Part shown: positions 22,801 to 32,760 of the stretch, piece by piece
Layout of the letters: every line of letters begins with the position of its first letter
Numbering within the stretch: the stretch's first letter is position 1
Assembly (NCBI GenBank): GCA_963853855.1
Contig: CAWKYG010000039.1
Span: 6,943-70,942 of the forward strand
DNA: 64,000 nt
Source: an uncultured Solibacteraceae bacterium
Lineage (GTDB): Bacteria > Acidobacteriota > Terriglobia > Bryobacterales > Bryobacteraceae
Reading direction: 5' to 3'
The notes under the pieces: model-generated
Told to the model about the DNA's origin: nothing
The model's database searches: none
What the model saw: only the letters and a program-made list of their open reading frames with translations
Program-made: the position numbers and the translations under genes

Positions 22801-23461
22801 GCAAGGTCTGTACTACGCCGACCGGCCGCATTTCATCAAGGCGACGCTGGTATACGACCTGCCGTTTGGCAAGGGCAAGCATTTCCTCACCGGGGTCCAC
22901 GGGGTCGCGGACCGGGTGGTGAGCGGATGGCAGTTCAATACCTTCATCACCGATTCGCCTTTAGGGGAACCGGCCAACATGCCCGGAAGCATTGTAGCTA
23001 TCAAGAACCCGGGTCTTCCCAACGTGCACTGGGGCGCCAACAAGGTGCAGATCAATAACAATTGCATCCTGAACGAAGACGACACCGGCGCCGTCGCGCC
23101 GTTGCCCCAGAGCATCGCCAACGGGTGCAGCGCCACCGACTGGTCGGGGTATGACTGGTTGCAATTGCCGCCGAACTACCGGCCCAACCAGGTCAACTCC
23201 TATCGCAGCGGCAACGTGCGCGTGCAAGGCACCTACACGATGGATGCTTCCATCATCAAGGAAACCAGGGTCACCGAGCGCATTCACGCCCAGTTCCGCG
23301 CCGAGGCGTTCAATGCCCTAAACCACTGGAACTACATGCTGGCCAACGTCAACAACACCGCCACCGACCCGAACTTCGGTTCGATCATTCCGCATACCCA
23401 ATCCACGCAGGCGAGCGTCAATCCGCGCTCCATCCAGCTTGGGTTCAAAGTGACCTGGTAG
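19816..23461 (+). CDS. CarboxypepD_reg-type TonB-dependent receptor, copy 1 (one frameshift near 21346)
   Basis: AAGGAG at 19804-19809, then TTG at 19816. Signal LKARVVYSVICLLLLGTFASAQE, then SGHVTDSTGATVPQAKV..., and the C-terminal beta-barrel end SIQLGFKVTW. The gene is split between ORFs 19756..21489 and 21332..23461. Confidence 0.8.
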
Positions 23462-23479
23462 GACATGTTTTGATTTTTC

Positions 23480-23505
23480 AAAGGGCAGGCTTCGGCCTGC
23501 CCTTT
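23480..23505 (+). terminator. hairpin AAAGGGCAGGC-ttcg-GCCTGCCCTTT after TonB-receptor copy 1
   Basis: Perfect 11-bp stem, 19 nt downstream of the stop. Confidence 0.65.
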
Positions 23506-23598
23506 GCCGGCTCTCCCGTCACCCGAAGGGGCGAAGCGCCTTTACAGGGAGACTCCCTTCCCGGTGTGTTATCATGTGTACGCAATTAGGCGTCGACC

Positions 23599-23868
23599 AT
23601 GCAGACACAGAAAGTCGGGATTCGTGAATTTCGGGAGAGGCTGGCAACGTTTCTGGAAGCATCCGGACCCGTCGCCATCACTCGACATGGAGAAACCGTG
23701 GGGTATTACATCCCTGCCCGCCCAAGCAAGGATGCCGCGCATGTAGCGGCACTACGGACGGCCGCGGCACAACTCGACGCGCTTCTCGCGGCCAGCGGAG
23801 CCACTGAAGACGAACTGGTGAACGATTTCAAGACAGCACGCCGTAGCCGCCGGAAGGTTCGCACCTGA
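23599..23868 (+). CDS. type II antitoxin, Phd/YefM-like
   Basis: 89 aa, MQTQKVGIREFRERLATFLE...PVAITRHGETVGYYIP. Its stop lies 1 nt before the PIN gene ATG. Confidence 0.7.
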   Translation: MQTQKVGIREFRERLATFLEASGPVAITRHGETVGYYIPARPSKDAAHVAALRTAAAQLDALLAASGATEDELVNDFKTARRSRRKVRT

Positions 23869-23869
23869 A

Positions 23870-24284
23870 ATGGTGATTCTCGACGCGAACATACTGATTC
23901 GCGCGGTTCTGCGCAAGCGTGTCCGAGAGATTCTTGAAACGCATTTCGCGAGAGTCCGATTCTGCGCGCCTGATACTGCTTTCGCCGAGGCCCGGGAGCA
24001 CCTTCCCGGAATTCTGCTGAAGAGGCGTATTGATCCGGAAGCCGCTGCCGCCGTGCTCGTTGAACTGGCGGTTCTGATTTGAAAATGCAGCGCGGCAGCG
24101 CTTGCAGAAACGTGATGAAGAGGATTGGCCTGTGCTGGCCACGGCTCTGGCGCTTGAATGTCCGATTTGGACAGAAGATGCGGATTTTTTCCGAGCAGGC
24201 GTCGCGACGTGGACCACGGATCGCGTTGAACTGTTGCTTCGAGAGGCGCAACTACGGGGTCCCGACGAGCCGAATCCCGAATAA
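23870..24284 (+). pseudogene. PIN-domain (VapC-like) toxin, split by a frameshift near 24080-24100
   Basis: MVILDANILIRAV... (ORF 23870..24082) and ...DEEDWPVLATALALECPIWTEDADF (ORF 24102..24284). The total of 415 nt is not a multiple of 3. Confidence 0.65.
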
Positions 24285-24341
24285 GGCTTCGGCCTGCCCT
24301 TTTTTTTGAGAACTCCCTCCCCCTCGTCCCACTATCTCCAC

Positions 24342-24761
24342 GTGAAGATCCTCCTCTTCGCAGTAGTTTTCGTCCTTAGGGCGGCTGCGCAGCCGCCCTG
24401 TCTTCAGGTTCAGGTTGTGGATGGCGAAGGGGCGGTTCATGCTCCCGGGTCACGCAGCATGAAGCCGTTGACAGTTGAGGTCCGGGACGAAACCGGGCGG
24501 CCGGTGGAACATGCCTCGGTCAGCTTTCATCTTCCGGATGACGGTCCCGGCGGCGTCTTCCCGGGCGGCTTGCGCACCGAAGTGGAAATGACCGACGGCC
24601 GCGGCCGGGCGACGGTCCGGACACTGCAATGGAACCGCATTGCCGGGCAGTTTCAAATCCGCATTGTGGCCTCGCGGGAGCAGGCGCGCGCCGGCATGAT
24701 ATCGCTTCAATATATCGGCGAATCGGGTAAAAAGACCGGCACGACCTCCCCGGCGCGTTAA
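24342..24761 (+). CDS. small secreted protein with Ig-like (Big-type) fold signature
   Basis: GTG at 24342 gives VKILLFAVVFVLRAAAQ, followed by a beta-rich V.V.D..G.PV..A.V.F...TD.RG.A.V pattern. No closer assignment. Confidence 0.45.
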   Translation: MKILLFAVVFVLRAAAQPPCLQVQVVDGEGAVHAPGSRSMKPLTVEVRDETGRPVEHASVSFHLPDDGPGGVFPGGLRTEVEMTDGRGRATVRTLQWNRIAGQFQIRIVASREQARAGMISLQYIGESGKKTGTTSPAR

Positions 24762-24815
24762 CGAAAGTGACAAAACCGATTCGCACCCGCCAGACCTGCC
24801 CCCGAAACAAAACTA

Positions 24816-24844
24816 TTGACAGCGATTACATTCGGTGATAACAA
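24816..24844 (+). promoter_or_regulatory. putative promoter of TonB-receptor copy 2 (TTGACA-17 nt-TAACAA)
   Basis: TTGACA at 24816-24821 and TAACAA at 24839-24844. Near-identical to 19650-19678. Confidence 0.5.
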
Positions 24845-24985
24845 ATCTAACTAGGTTTTAAACGCTTAAACGGGGAAGACGGGTGTCTATTCCCGTACAT
24901 TTTGGTGTGGTTTCGTTCAGAATGGGTGCAAATTAAGCAGGGGCAGCTTTCAATCCTGGCAGTAGTGTCAGACAAGGAGATTCAC

Positions 24986-27900
24986 TTGAAAGCCAAAGTT
25001 GTCTGTTCGGTGATTTGTCTTCTCTTCATGGCAGCTTTCGCATCGGCGCAGGAGTTCCGAGCCAGCATTTCAGGCCACGTCACGGACTCCACGGGGGCAA
25101 CCGTGCCGCAGGCGAAAGTTCAAGCCACAAACCTGGCAACCAAAGAAGTCAGCAATGCCACGACCGACAGCGCGGGAAGCTATACCATACCGCTGCTGCA
25201 ACCCGGGATGTACAAGCTAACGATAACGGCCACGGGATTTAAGCAGTACGTTCGCGACAATATCAGCCTGGCGATCAGCCAGGCCGCGGGTATCGACGCC
25301 AAGCTGGAATTGGGCGACGTGACGCAGACGGTGGAGGTAAGCGGCGAGGCTGCTTTACTGGATACGCAAACGGCGAACCGCAGCGGCCTGATCGATGCCA
25401 GGGAAGTTTCGGACCTGCCGCTGAATTCGGGCCGCAATCCGTTCATGCTGGGGCTGACCGCTTCCGGCGTGACGTTCCGCGGCGCTTCCATCTGGCAGCG
25501 CCCGTTCGATAACGGCGCCATCGCCGATTGGGTGGTGAACGGCGGCTGGCAGGAGAGCAACGAGTTCCTGCTTGACGGCGCGCCGAACAACGCGCAGATG
25601 GGCACCAACAATATCGCTTACGTGCCCATGGTGGAGACCGTCCAGGAATTCACCATGATGCAGAACACGTATGACGCGCAGTACGGCCACACCATGGGCG
25701 GCATTCTCAATACCGTGATGAAGAGCGGCGGCAGTACGTTCCACGGCACAGCGTGGGAGTACATGCGCCGGTCGGCACTGGATGCCAACAACTTCCAGAA
25801 CACTTCGATTGGCCAACCCAGGCCGAACCACTATCTTGACGATTACGGCGGGCAGGTATCCGGGCAGGTGATCATTCCGAAAATTCTGAAGCGCGACGGC
25901 TACATCAAGCTGTACTACATGGGCGCTTTCCAGAACTACCGGGAAGCCACGGCGGATCCCCTGCTGGTAAGCTGGCCCCAGCCCGAAATGCGTAATGGCG
26001 ATTTCAGCAAACTGGTGAACGGCTCCGGTCAGGCCATCACGATCTACGATCCGACGACGGCCGTTTATGATAACAGCGGCAACGTAGTAACCAATCGCCA
26101 ACCGTTCCCCGGGAACATCATCCCGGCGAACCGGATCAATCCGGCCGCTCTGACGCTGACCAAACTCATGCCTCTGCCGAATACCACCACTCCCGGCTAC
26201 CGGTATGGCACCGGCGACCTCAGCCTCCCCGAAGTCACGGATCACGATGCCTACTACAATATGACCATCAAGTTCGACTGGACCATCGGCGATAAGAACC
26301 GGTTCTTCATGCGCGAAGGGTCCAACGATCGCACCGAGCACCGTCCGGTCAACGGAATCGTGGGGCTGGGTGAAGACGGGCAGTTGCCCTTCCAGCGGAT
26401 TAACGACACGTACGTGCTGGATTGGACTTCCACGCTGAATCCCACTACGGTATTCGATATCCGCGGTTCCAACACCCGGTTCGTCGAAAAGGGCTCCGGT
26501 TTTGACAATGCCGGGTTCGATTTGAGCACCCTGGGCCTTTCACAATCGCTCATTTCTCGTTACCGGGCGGGTATTTGATGGGCGTCTGGAGCATCGGCGG
26601 CTATCAGACTCTGGGGCGCACTTCCAGCGATAACATCACCAACAGCTATGGGATTGAGGCCAGTCTCACGAAGGTTGCCGGCAAGCATACACTCAAGGCC
26701 GGCTTGGACCTTCGCCGGATTCAGTACCTGGTGTTGGACACCGGCAGCATCCTGGAAGAGGACTTCAATTCCACCTGGACGCAGCAGATTTACAACAATG
26801 CCGGAAACGGCCTGGGTGGCGACGGCTACGCCAGTTTCCTGCTGGGCTATCCCAGCGGCGGCCAGAGCAACTACGCGGCGTACCCGTTCTATCGCCAGTG
26901 GTACATCGCGCCTTACCTGCAGGACGACTGGAAGGTGAGCAGCCGCCTGACCATCAACCTGGGGCTGCGCTATGACATCAACGAGCCGATCACCGAGAAG
27001 TACAACCGGCTGGATTATGCCTTCGACCCGAACGTCGCCAGCCCGATCGGCCCGATGGCAACCCAGAACATTGCCAACCTGCACCTGCAGATTCCGGCGC
27101 AATTCGCGTCGCTGTACAGCAATCTGGCGAACTTAAAGGGCGGCATGCGGTTCGCGGGCGTGAACGGCAATTCCCCCATGCCGGCCAATATCGATTGGAC
27201 GGGCATTCAGCCCCGCGTCGGTTTCGCTTACCGGCTGAGGGACAAGCTGGTGATGCGCGGCGGCTACGGCATGTATATTGTCAACCCCAACAACGACTGG
27301 ATGCAGACGGCCGGGTTCAGCAACAACACCTCGCTGGTCAACAGCAACGATGGCGGGCGCACGCCGATTCCGGGCGTGATGAACAACCCGTTCCCCACCG
27401 GCATCAATCTGCCGACGGGATCCAGCCTGGGCGCTTCGACCTACGTCGGGAAGAGCATCAACTGGTTCGCTCCCAGCTTCAAGCTGCCGCGTTCGCACCA
27501 GTTCTCGTTCGGCTTCCAATACCAGCCGAGCCCGAACGGCACGCTGGACATTTCGTACGTGGGTAACCGCGCGGATCACACGCAGTCGAACTTCCCCTTC
27601 GATACCAATCCGCAGTACGACTCGTGCAGTGTGATGTACGGCGCCTCTACCCCGGCCGGTTTTGCCTCACCGGCGGCATACTGCAACCAGACGCTGCCGA
27701 ATCCGTTTCAGGGACTGGCGCCGTTTATTGGCACCAGCCTGTACACTTCGACGACCACATCGCTCAACCAGTTGTTAAGGACCTATCCGCAGTTCACCGG
27801 CGGCACCGAATACGGTCTGAACGCCGGCAAGGTCTGGTACAACTCCATGCAGGTGAATTACAACTACCGCTCGCGGAGCGGCGTGAACCTGATGTTGAAC

Positions 27901-28631
27901 TACACGCTCTCCAAGCAGAACGAACGGTGGGGTTACCTCAACTATTACCAAAACCCGATCCAATATCAGGAAGGTTTGTACTACGCCGACCGGCCGCATT
28001 TCATCAAGGCGACGCTGGTATACGATCTGCCATTTGGCAGGGGCAAGCATTTCCTCACCGGCGTGCACGGAGTCGCGGACCGGCTGGTAAGCGGATGGCA
28101 GTTCAACACCTTCGTCACCGATTCGCCTTTGGGTGAACCGGCCAACATGCCCGGCAGCATTGTGGCCATCAAGAGCCCCGGCCTCGGCAACGTGCACTGG
28201 GGCGCCAACAAGGTGCAGATCAACAACAACTGCATCCTGAACGAAGACGACACCGGCGCCGTCGCGCCACTGCCGCAGAGCATTGCCAACGGCTGCAGCG
28301 CCACCGACTGGTCGGGGTACGACTGGTTGCAACTGCCGCCCAACTACCGGCCTGCCCAGGTGAACTCGTATCGCAGCGGCCAGGTGCGCGTGCAAGGCAC
28401 TTACACGATGGATGCCTCGATCATCAAAGAGACCCGCGTCACGGAGCGCATCCGCGCCCAGTTCCGCGCTGAGGCGTTCAACGCGTTCAACCACTGGAAT
28501 TACATGCTGGCGAATGTGAACAACACGGCCACCGACCCGAATTTCGGTTCAGCATCATTCCGCATACCCAATCCACGCAGGCCAGCGTCAATCCGCGCTC
28601 GATCCAGCTTGGATTCAAAGTGATCTGGTAG
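24986..28631 (+). CDS. CarboxypepD_reg-type TonB-dependent receptor, copy 2 (frameshifts near 26557 and 28551)
   Basis: Same AAGGAGATTCAC-TTG start context as copy 1. Collinear with copy 1 throughout at high amino-acid identity. Split between ORFs 24902..26578 and 26575..28623. The true end, GFKVIW-TAG, is at 28629-28631. Confidence 0.8.
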
Positions 28632-28634
28632 GGC

Positions 28635-29342
28635 GTGCCCGCAAGCCGTACGATCCCGGGGACAGGCTTTGGCCTGTCCCTTTTCGTTGCCGTGCTTCTG
28701 ACGGCGGCGGACAATTCCACCGAGGCCGCGAAGTGGCAGGCGTTGGGCGTCTCCCATGCCGCGCGCGGGGATTATGCCGGCGCGGTGGAGCCCTTCCATC
28801 GCGCCTGCCTGCTGGACGCGAAACTCGCGGACGCCTGCCTATATTTCGGACGGACGCTTTACCTGTTGGACCGTTTCGACGAGGCCGTGAATGTGATGCG
28901 CACCGCTTTGGAAAACGATCCGCAGAATCCGCAGATCTACCGCATTGAAGCGCTGGCGCTGGAAGCCTCGGGAAAAGCCGGCGAAGCCGAGGCGGCTTTC
29001 CGTGAAGCCATCCGGCTGGAAAAACACTCGCCGCCGAATGAAGATCCGTCCATCGACTACGGCGTTTTTCTATACCGGCAGGGACGCGCGGAGGCGGCCC
29101 TCAGTCCCTTGCAGGCAGCCGTCGCGCGGCATCCCGACGCCTCCCGCGCGCAATTGGAACTGGGCTGCGCGCTGCTTGCGCTGGACCGCGTGAAGCAGGC
29201 GGCGGAGCATCTGGAACGGGCCACCGCGCTCGATCCGCAGGGCGCGCGCGGGCACCTTTTGCTGGGTAAGGCGTACCAGCGGCTGGGCAAATCCGAACAG
29301 GCACGCAAGGAGCTGGATGAGGGTTCGCGCACCGTCAAATAG
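28635..29342 (+). CDS. TPR-repeat protein (start uncertain)
   Basis: Repeated A..YF..G...Y...A...F..A..LDP patterns. The annotated ORF start overlaps the terminator hairpin, so the real start is probably further downstream. Confidence 0.6.
   Translation: MPASRTIPGTGFGLSLFVAVLLTAADNSTEAAKWQALGVSHAARGDYAGAVEPFHRACLLDAKLADACLYFGRTLYLLDRFDEAVNVMRTALENDPQNPQIYRIEALALEASGKAGEAEAAFREAIRLEKHSPPNEDPSIDYGVFLYRQGRAEAALSPLQAAVARHPDASRAQLELGCALLALDRVKQAAEHLERATALDPQGARGHLLLGKAYQRLGKSEQARKELDEGSRTVK
28659..28680 (+). terminator. hairpin GGGACAGGC-tttg-GCCTGTCCC followed by TTTT
   Basis: 9-bp stem 28 nt after the copy-2 stop. It is a sequence variant of the copy-1 terminator. Confidence 0.6.
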
Positions 29343-29456
29343 CGGTCCACCGCGGCCCTCCGGGCTTCTCCGACACCCCTTTGGTTTCCGTTTCTGTGGC
29401 CGGCAACGTATTTTGCTCAGGTCGCTACATGCCGAACGAGCAATTTCGCCACGGGC

Positions 29457-31842
29457 CTAATTCCCGGCCGGCGGGGCGCCGCGTCCGCCGCCGGCCGGGG
29501 CGGAAAGCTTGTAGTTAGCCGGAGGTTCCGCGCCATATAAGTAGCGTACGAAATAATCCCAGCGCCGCCTGGTCATATAGTTGGCCGCCGCGCCGTAGCC
29601 ATGGGCGGCGTTCGGAAACATAATCAGGTCAAAATCCTTGTTAGCCTTGATTAGTTCGTTTACCACCAGCAGTGTATTATACGGCGGCACATTGTTATCC
29701 ATCGTGCCGTGCGCCAGCAGCAGGTGACCTTTCAGATTTTTCGCTTGTAGTTGATTCGCCTGGCTGTCGTAATTGTCGCCGGAGCTGCCGGGCTTATCCT
29801 CAAGCAGTCCCTGCCACTTTTCGCCCCAGTCGTCCTCGTATTCGCGATTGTCGTGATTGCCGGATTCGCTGATCCCCACTTTGAAAAAGTCGGGATACCG
29901 GAACATGGCATCGGCCGTCGCATAGCCGCCGCCCGGAGTGGCCGTAAATGCCGGCGCGATCCAGGTCGATCCACGGATAGCGTTGCGCCAGTTGCCGCAT
30001 CGCCGTCACCTGGTCCGGCAGCGTGTTGTCGCCCATGTCGCCGTAGTAAGCTTCATGAAACTTCTTGGAGCGCCAGGGCGTTCCCATGCCGTCGATCTCC
30101 ACCACGATGAAGCCCAGCTCCGCCAGCGCGTCGCAATCCCCGCGCGCCGCCGCAAAACTGCGCGAGCCCACGCTGCCGGTCTGCGGCCCGGGGTAGATGT
30201 GATTGATGATGGGATACTTTTTGTTGGGGTCCAGGTTCGAGGGTTTGAACATCAGCCCGTAGATATCGGTGACCCCGTCGCGCGCCTTCACCGTGAAGGG
30301 TGTGGGGGGCTTCCAACCGGTGGCCAGCAATTTCGAAATATCGGCCTTTTCCAGATTGACGATCAGCTTGCCGTTACTGTCCCGCAGCACGGCCACGGGC
30401 GGAACGTCGGGCTTCGAATAGCTGTCTACAAAGTAATCGCCTTCCGGAGGCGAGAGGGTCACATCGTGATTGGCGTCCTCCGGGGTGAGCAGCGCGTAAT
30501 TCCTGCCGTCGAAACCGATCTTGTAGAAGTGGCTGAAATAGGGGTCTCGGCCCTTCTCGCGGCCCACCGCCAGAAAGTAGATCATGCGGTTCTTTTCATC
30601 CACGCGTAAGACGCGCGTGACGTTGCCCTCGCCGGTAGTGATTTGATTCTTCACCTTCCCGGTGCCCAGATCGTAGAGATAGAGCTGGCCCCAGTTGTCG
30701 CGCTCGCTGAACCAGATGACTTCGTTGGACGCCGGAAGGTAGTGCCAGTTGATGCGCCCGTTGCCGGATTCGAAAAAGGTCGCCACCTTTTCTTCCATCA
30801 CGTCGCGCACCGCGCCGGTGGCGGCATCGGCCAGCTTGAGCTGCTCCACTCTGTGATCGCGCGAGGTGGAAACGAAGGCCAGGTGCGCGCCGTCCGGAGA
30901 CCATTGCATATCCAGTTCGCCGCCGCAGGCGATATCGTCGCACAGGGTCGAGCGGTGCTGGTCGGGCGGCATCTGCAGCCGGATCACCTTGGCCGCGTCC
31001 ACGTCGATGATTACGCGCTGAATCGTCGTTACGGTGTGATCGCCGGGCAGCGGGTATTTCCAGGCGCGCAGAGTCGGATGGCCCACCTTGGTTTCCACCA
31101 GGTACATCTCGCCGACTCCGCGCTGGTCCTGCTGAAACGTCGCGATCTTGCGCGAATCGGGCGACCACAGCACAATCGGCCGATCGCTGCTGGTCCATCC
31201 GGCGTTATCGGTGGCGTATCCGAAATCCTTCACGCCGTCCGTAGTGAGTTGCGTTTCTTTGCCGGTGGCGACGTCGCGCAGCCACAGATTGTTCTCGCGA
31301 ATCAGGACGGCGCGTTTCTTATCGGGCGAGACCGATTCGTTGCGCCCTCCCGCTCCGCCTCCGCCGCGCCCGCCTCGGCCTCCACGCCCGCCGCCCGTGG
31401 TAGCCGTGGCCGCGCCGATATCGCCGCATTTATTGCCCGCTGTGTCGCACTGGTATCGGCGCCCGCTGTAATTGAAGCTGACCGAGAGCCCGTCCGGCGT
31501 CACGTCGATTTCCTGAAACGGCAGGCGCGACGCACTGATGGTTGCGCCCGATACCGCGCCCAGCGCGGTAGCCAGTTTGGCGTGGTCGAAGGCCGGCTGT
31601 CGCGTACCCTTAGCTGGATCGACCAGGATGAATTCATTGCCGTCCGCCCCGGTATCGCGGTAATAAAAGCGCTCTTCGGAGATCCACGAAGGACGCACCC
31701 CGCTATGGAACACCAGCGGAGTCGTATTGTAGGTCATGAACTTCTCCGCCCGGGCATAATCGGCGGCGGTGAACCGTGTCTGCGCGGCGGCAGGCAGACC
31801 CGCCAGCACGACAGAAAGGGACAAAAAGGATTTCAGGTGCAT
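29457..31842 (-). CDS. S9B-family dipeptidyl-peptidase IV-like serine peptidase (one frameshift at the catalytic-Ser elbow, near 29933)
   Basis: ORF 29800..31842 (signal MHLKSFLSLSVVLAGLPAAAQ, propeller, ...GIYGHSG) continues in ORF 29457..29906 (MFRYPDFFKVGISESGNHD...AHGTMDNNV). A one-base surplus in the run at 29932-29934 breaks GHSGGGY. Confidence 0.8.
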
Positions 31843-31917
31843 TAGGCCGGATAATCACACTAATGCAGGGATGAAGTCAAGCGGAGCACGGTTCGCGCGG
31901 AGTTATACTCATGGGCG

Positions 31918-32638
31918 ATGAGGGCATTCACGCTGGCCTCGACCGTACTGGCATTGGCGATCGGAGGCCGCAGGGCCAGCCGGCGCCCGCGTTTGAAGTG
32001 GCTTCGGTCAAGGTGTCGCCTGCGCGCGAAGGCACGGCTGGGTTCACCGCGATGGACAGCGACCCGGCCATGGTGCGGTATTCCAACATCACCCTCCACC
32101 TCCTGATTGCGATTGCATACAAGTTCGATAGCAGGCTGATCACCGGCGGCCCGCCGTGGTTGGATAGCGACAAGTATGACGTGTCGGCGAAGATGCCGCC
32201 GGGCACACCGAAGGACCAGGTTCCGGCCATGCTCCAGGCGCTGCTGGCGGATCGATTCAAACTGGCCCTTCACCGGGAAACGAAAGACCAGCGCGCGTAT
32301 TTCCTGGTGGTAGGAAAGAACGGGCCTAAGTTGAAACCGGCGCGGGAAGAGGGCGGACAGAATATGATCATCCCCGGGGGCATCATAGGGCATGCCATGA
32401 CCATGGAGTGCTGGCCGGGTCCGTGGCCAGTGTCGTGGGATACCATGTGGTGGACAAGACCGGACTGGCGGGAGCGTTCGACATCGACCTGAGATTCACA
32501 CCGGAGAACAGCAAAGAGCCGGGTCCGGACCTGCTCACTTGTATCCAGGAACAACTGGGACTCAAGCTGGAGCCCGGACGGGCTCCAGTAGAGATGATAA
32601 TAGTCGATCGCGCGAATCATTCACCTTTCAGGCGATAA
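31918..32638 (+). pseudogene. TIGR03435-family protein (copy 2), frameshifts near 31965 and 32405
   Basis: MRAFTLASTVLALAIGG (frame of 31918), then PAFEVASVKVSP...LADRFKLALHRE (31911..32492), then VVDKTGLAGAFD...IQEQLGLKLEPGRAPVEMIIVD (32408..32638). Confidence 0.7.
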
Positions 32639-32642
32639 CATG

Positions 32643-32755
32643 GTCCCCCTGGACCACTGCTCGCGCCGGTCGGTAATGCCTCCAGAAACGGGAGGCCGAC
32701 GAGGGCGTCGGCAGCGGACCGGGGGTCGCCACGCATGATGCTGCACACTTCAGGC
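32643..32755 (+). repeat. structured intergenic repeat, copy A (about 113 nt)
   Basis: Collinear with 50208-50335 with few indels. It contains the hairpins CCTCC-agaaacg-GGAGG and GCCGACG-aggg-CGTCGGC. Confidence 0.7.
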
Positions 32756-32760
32756 GTCGT

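Noticed and set aside
23504-23746. 80-aa ORF overlapping the antitoxin gene start.
   Set aside because: It starts inside the terminator, overlaps the better-supported Phd-like ORF in another frame, and has no motif.
28635-28690. Annotated start of the TPR ORF at 28635.
   Set aside because: The first 15 codons coincide with the terminator hairpin of the upstream receptor gene. I kept the ORF but regard the true start as undefined.
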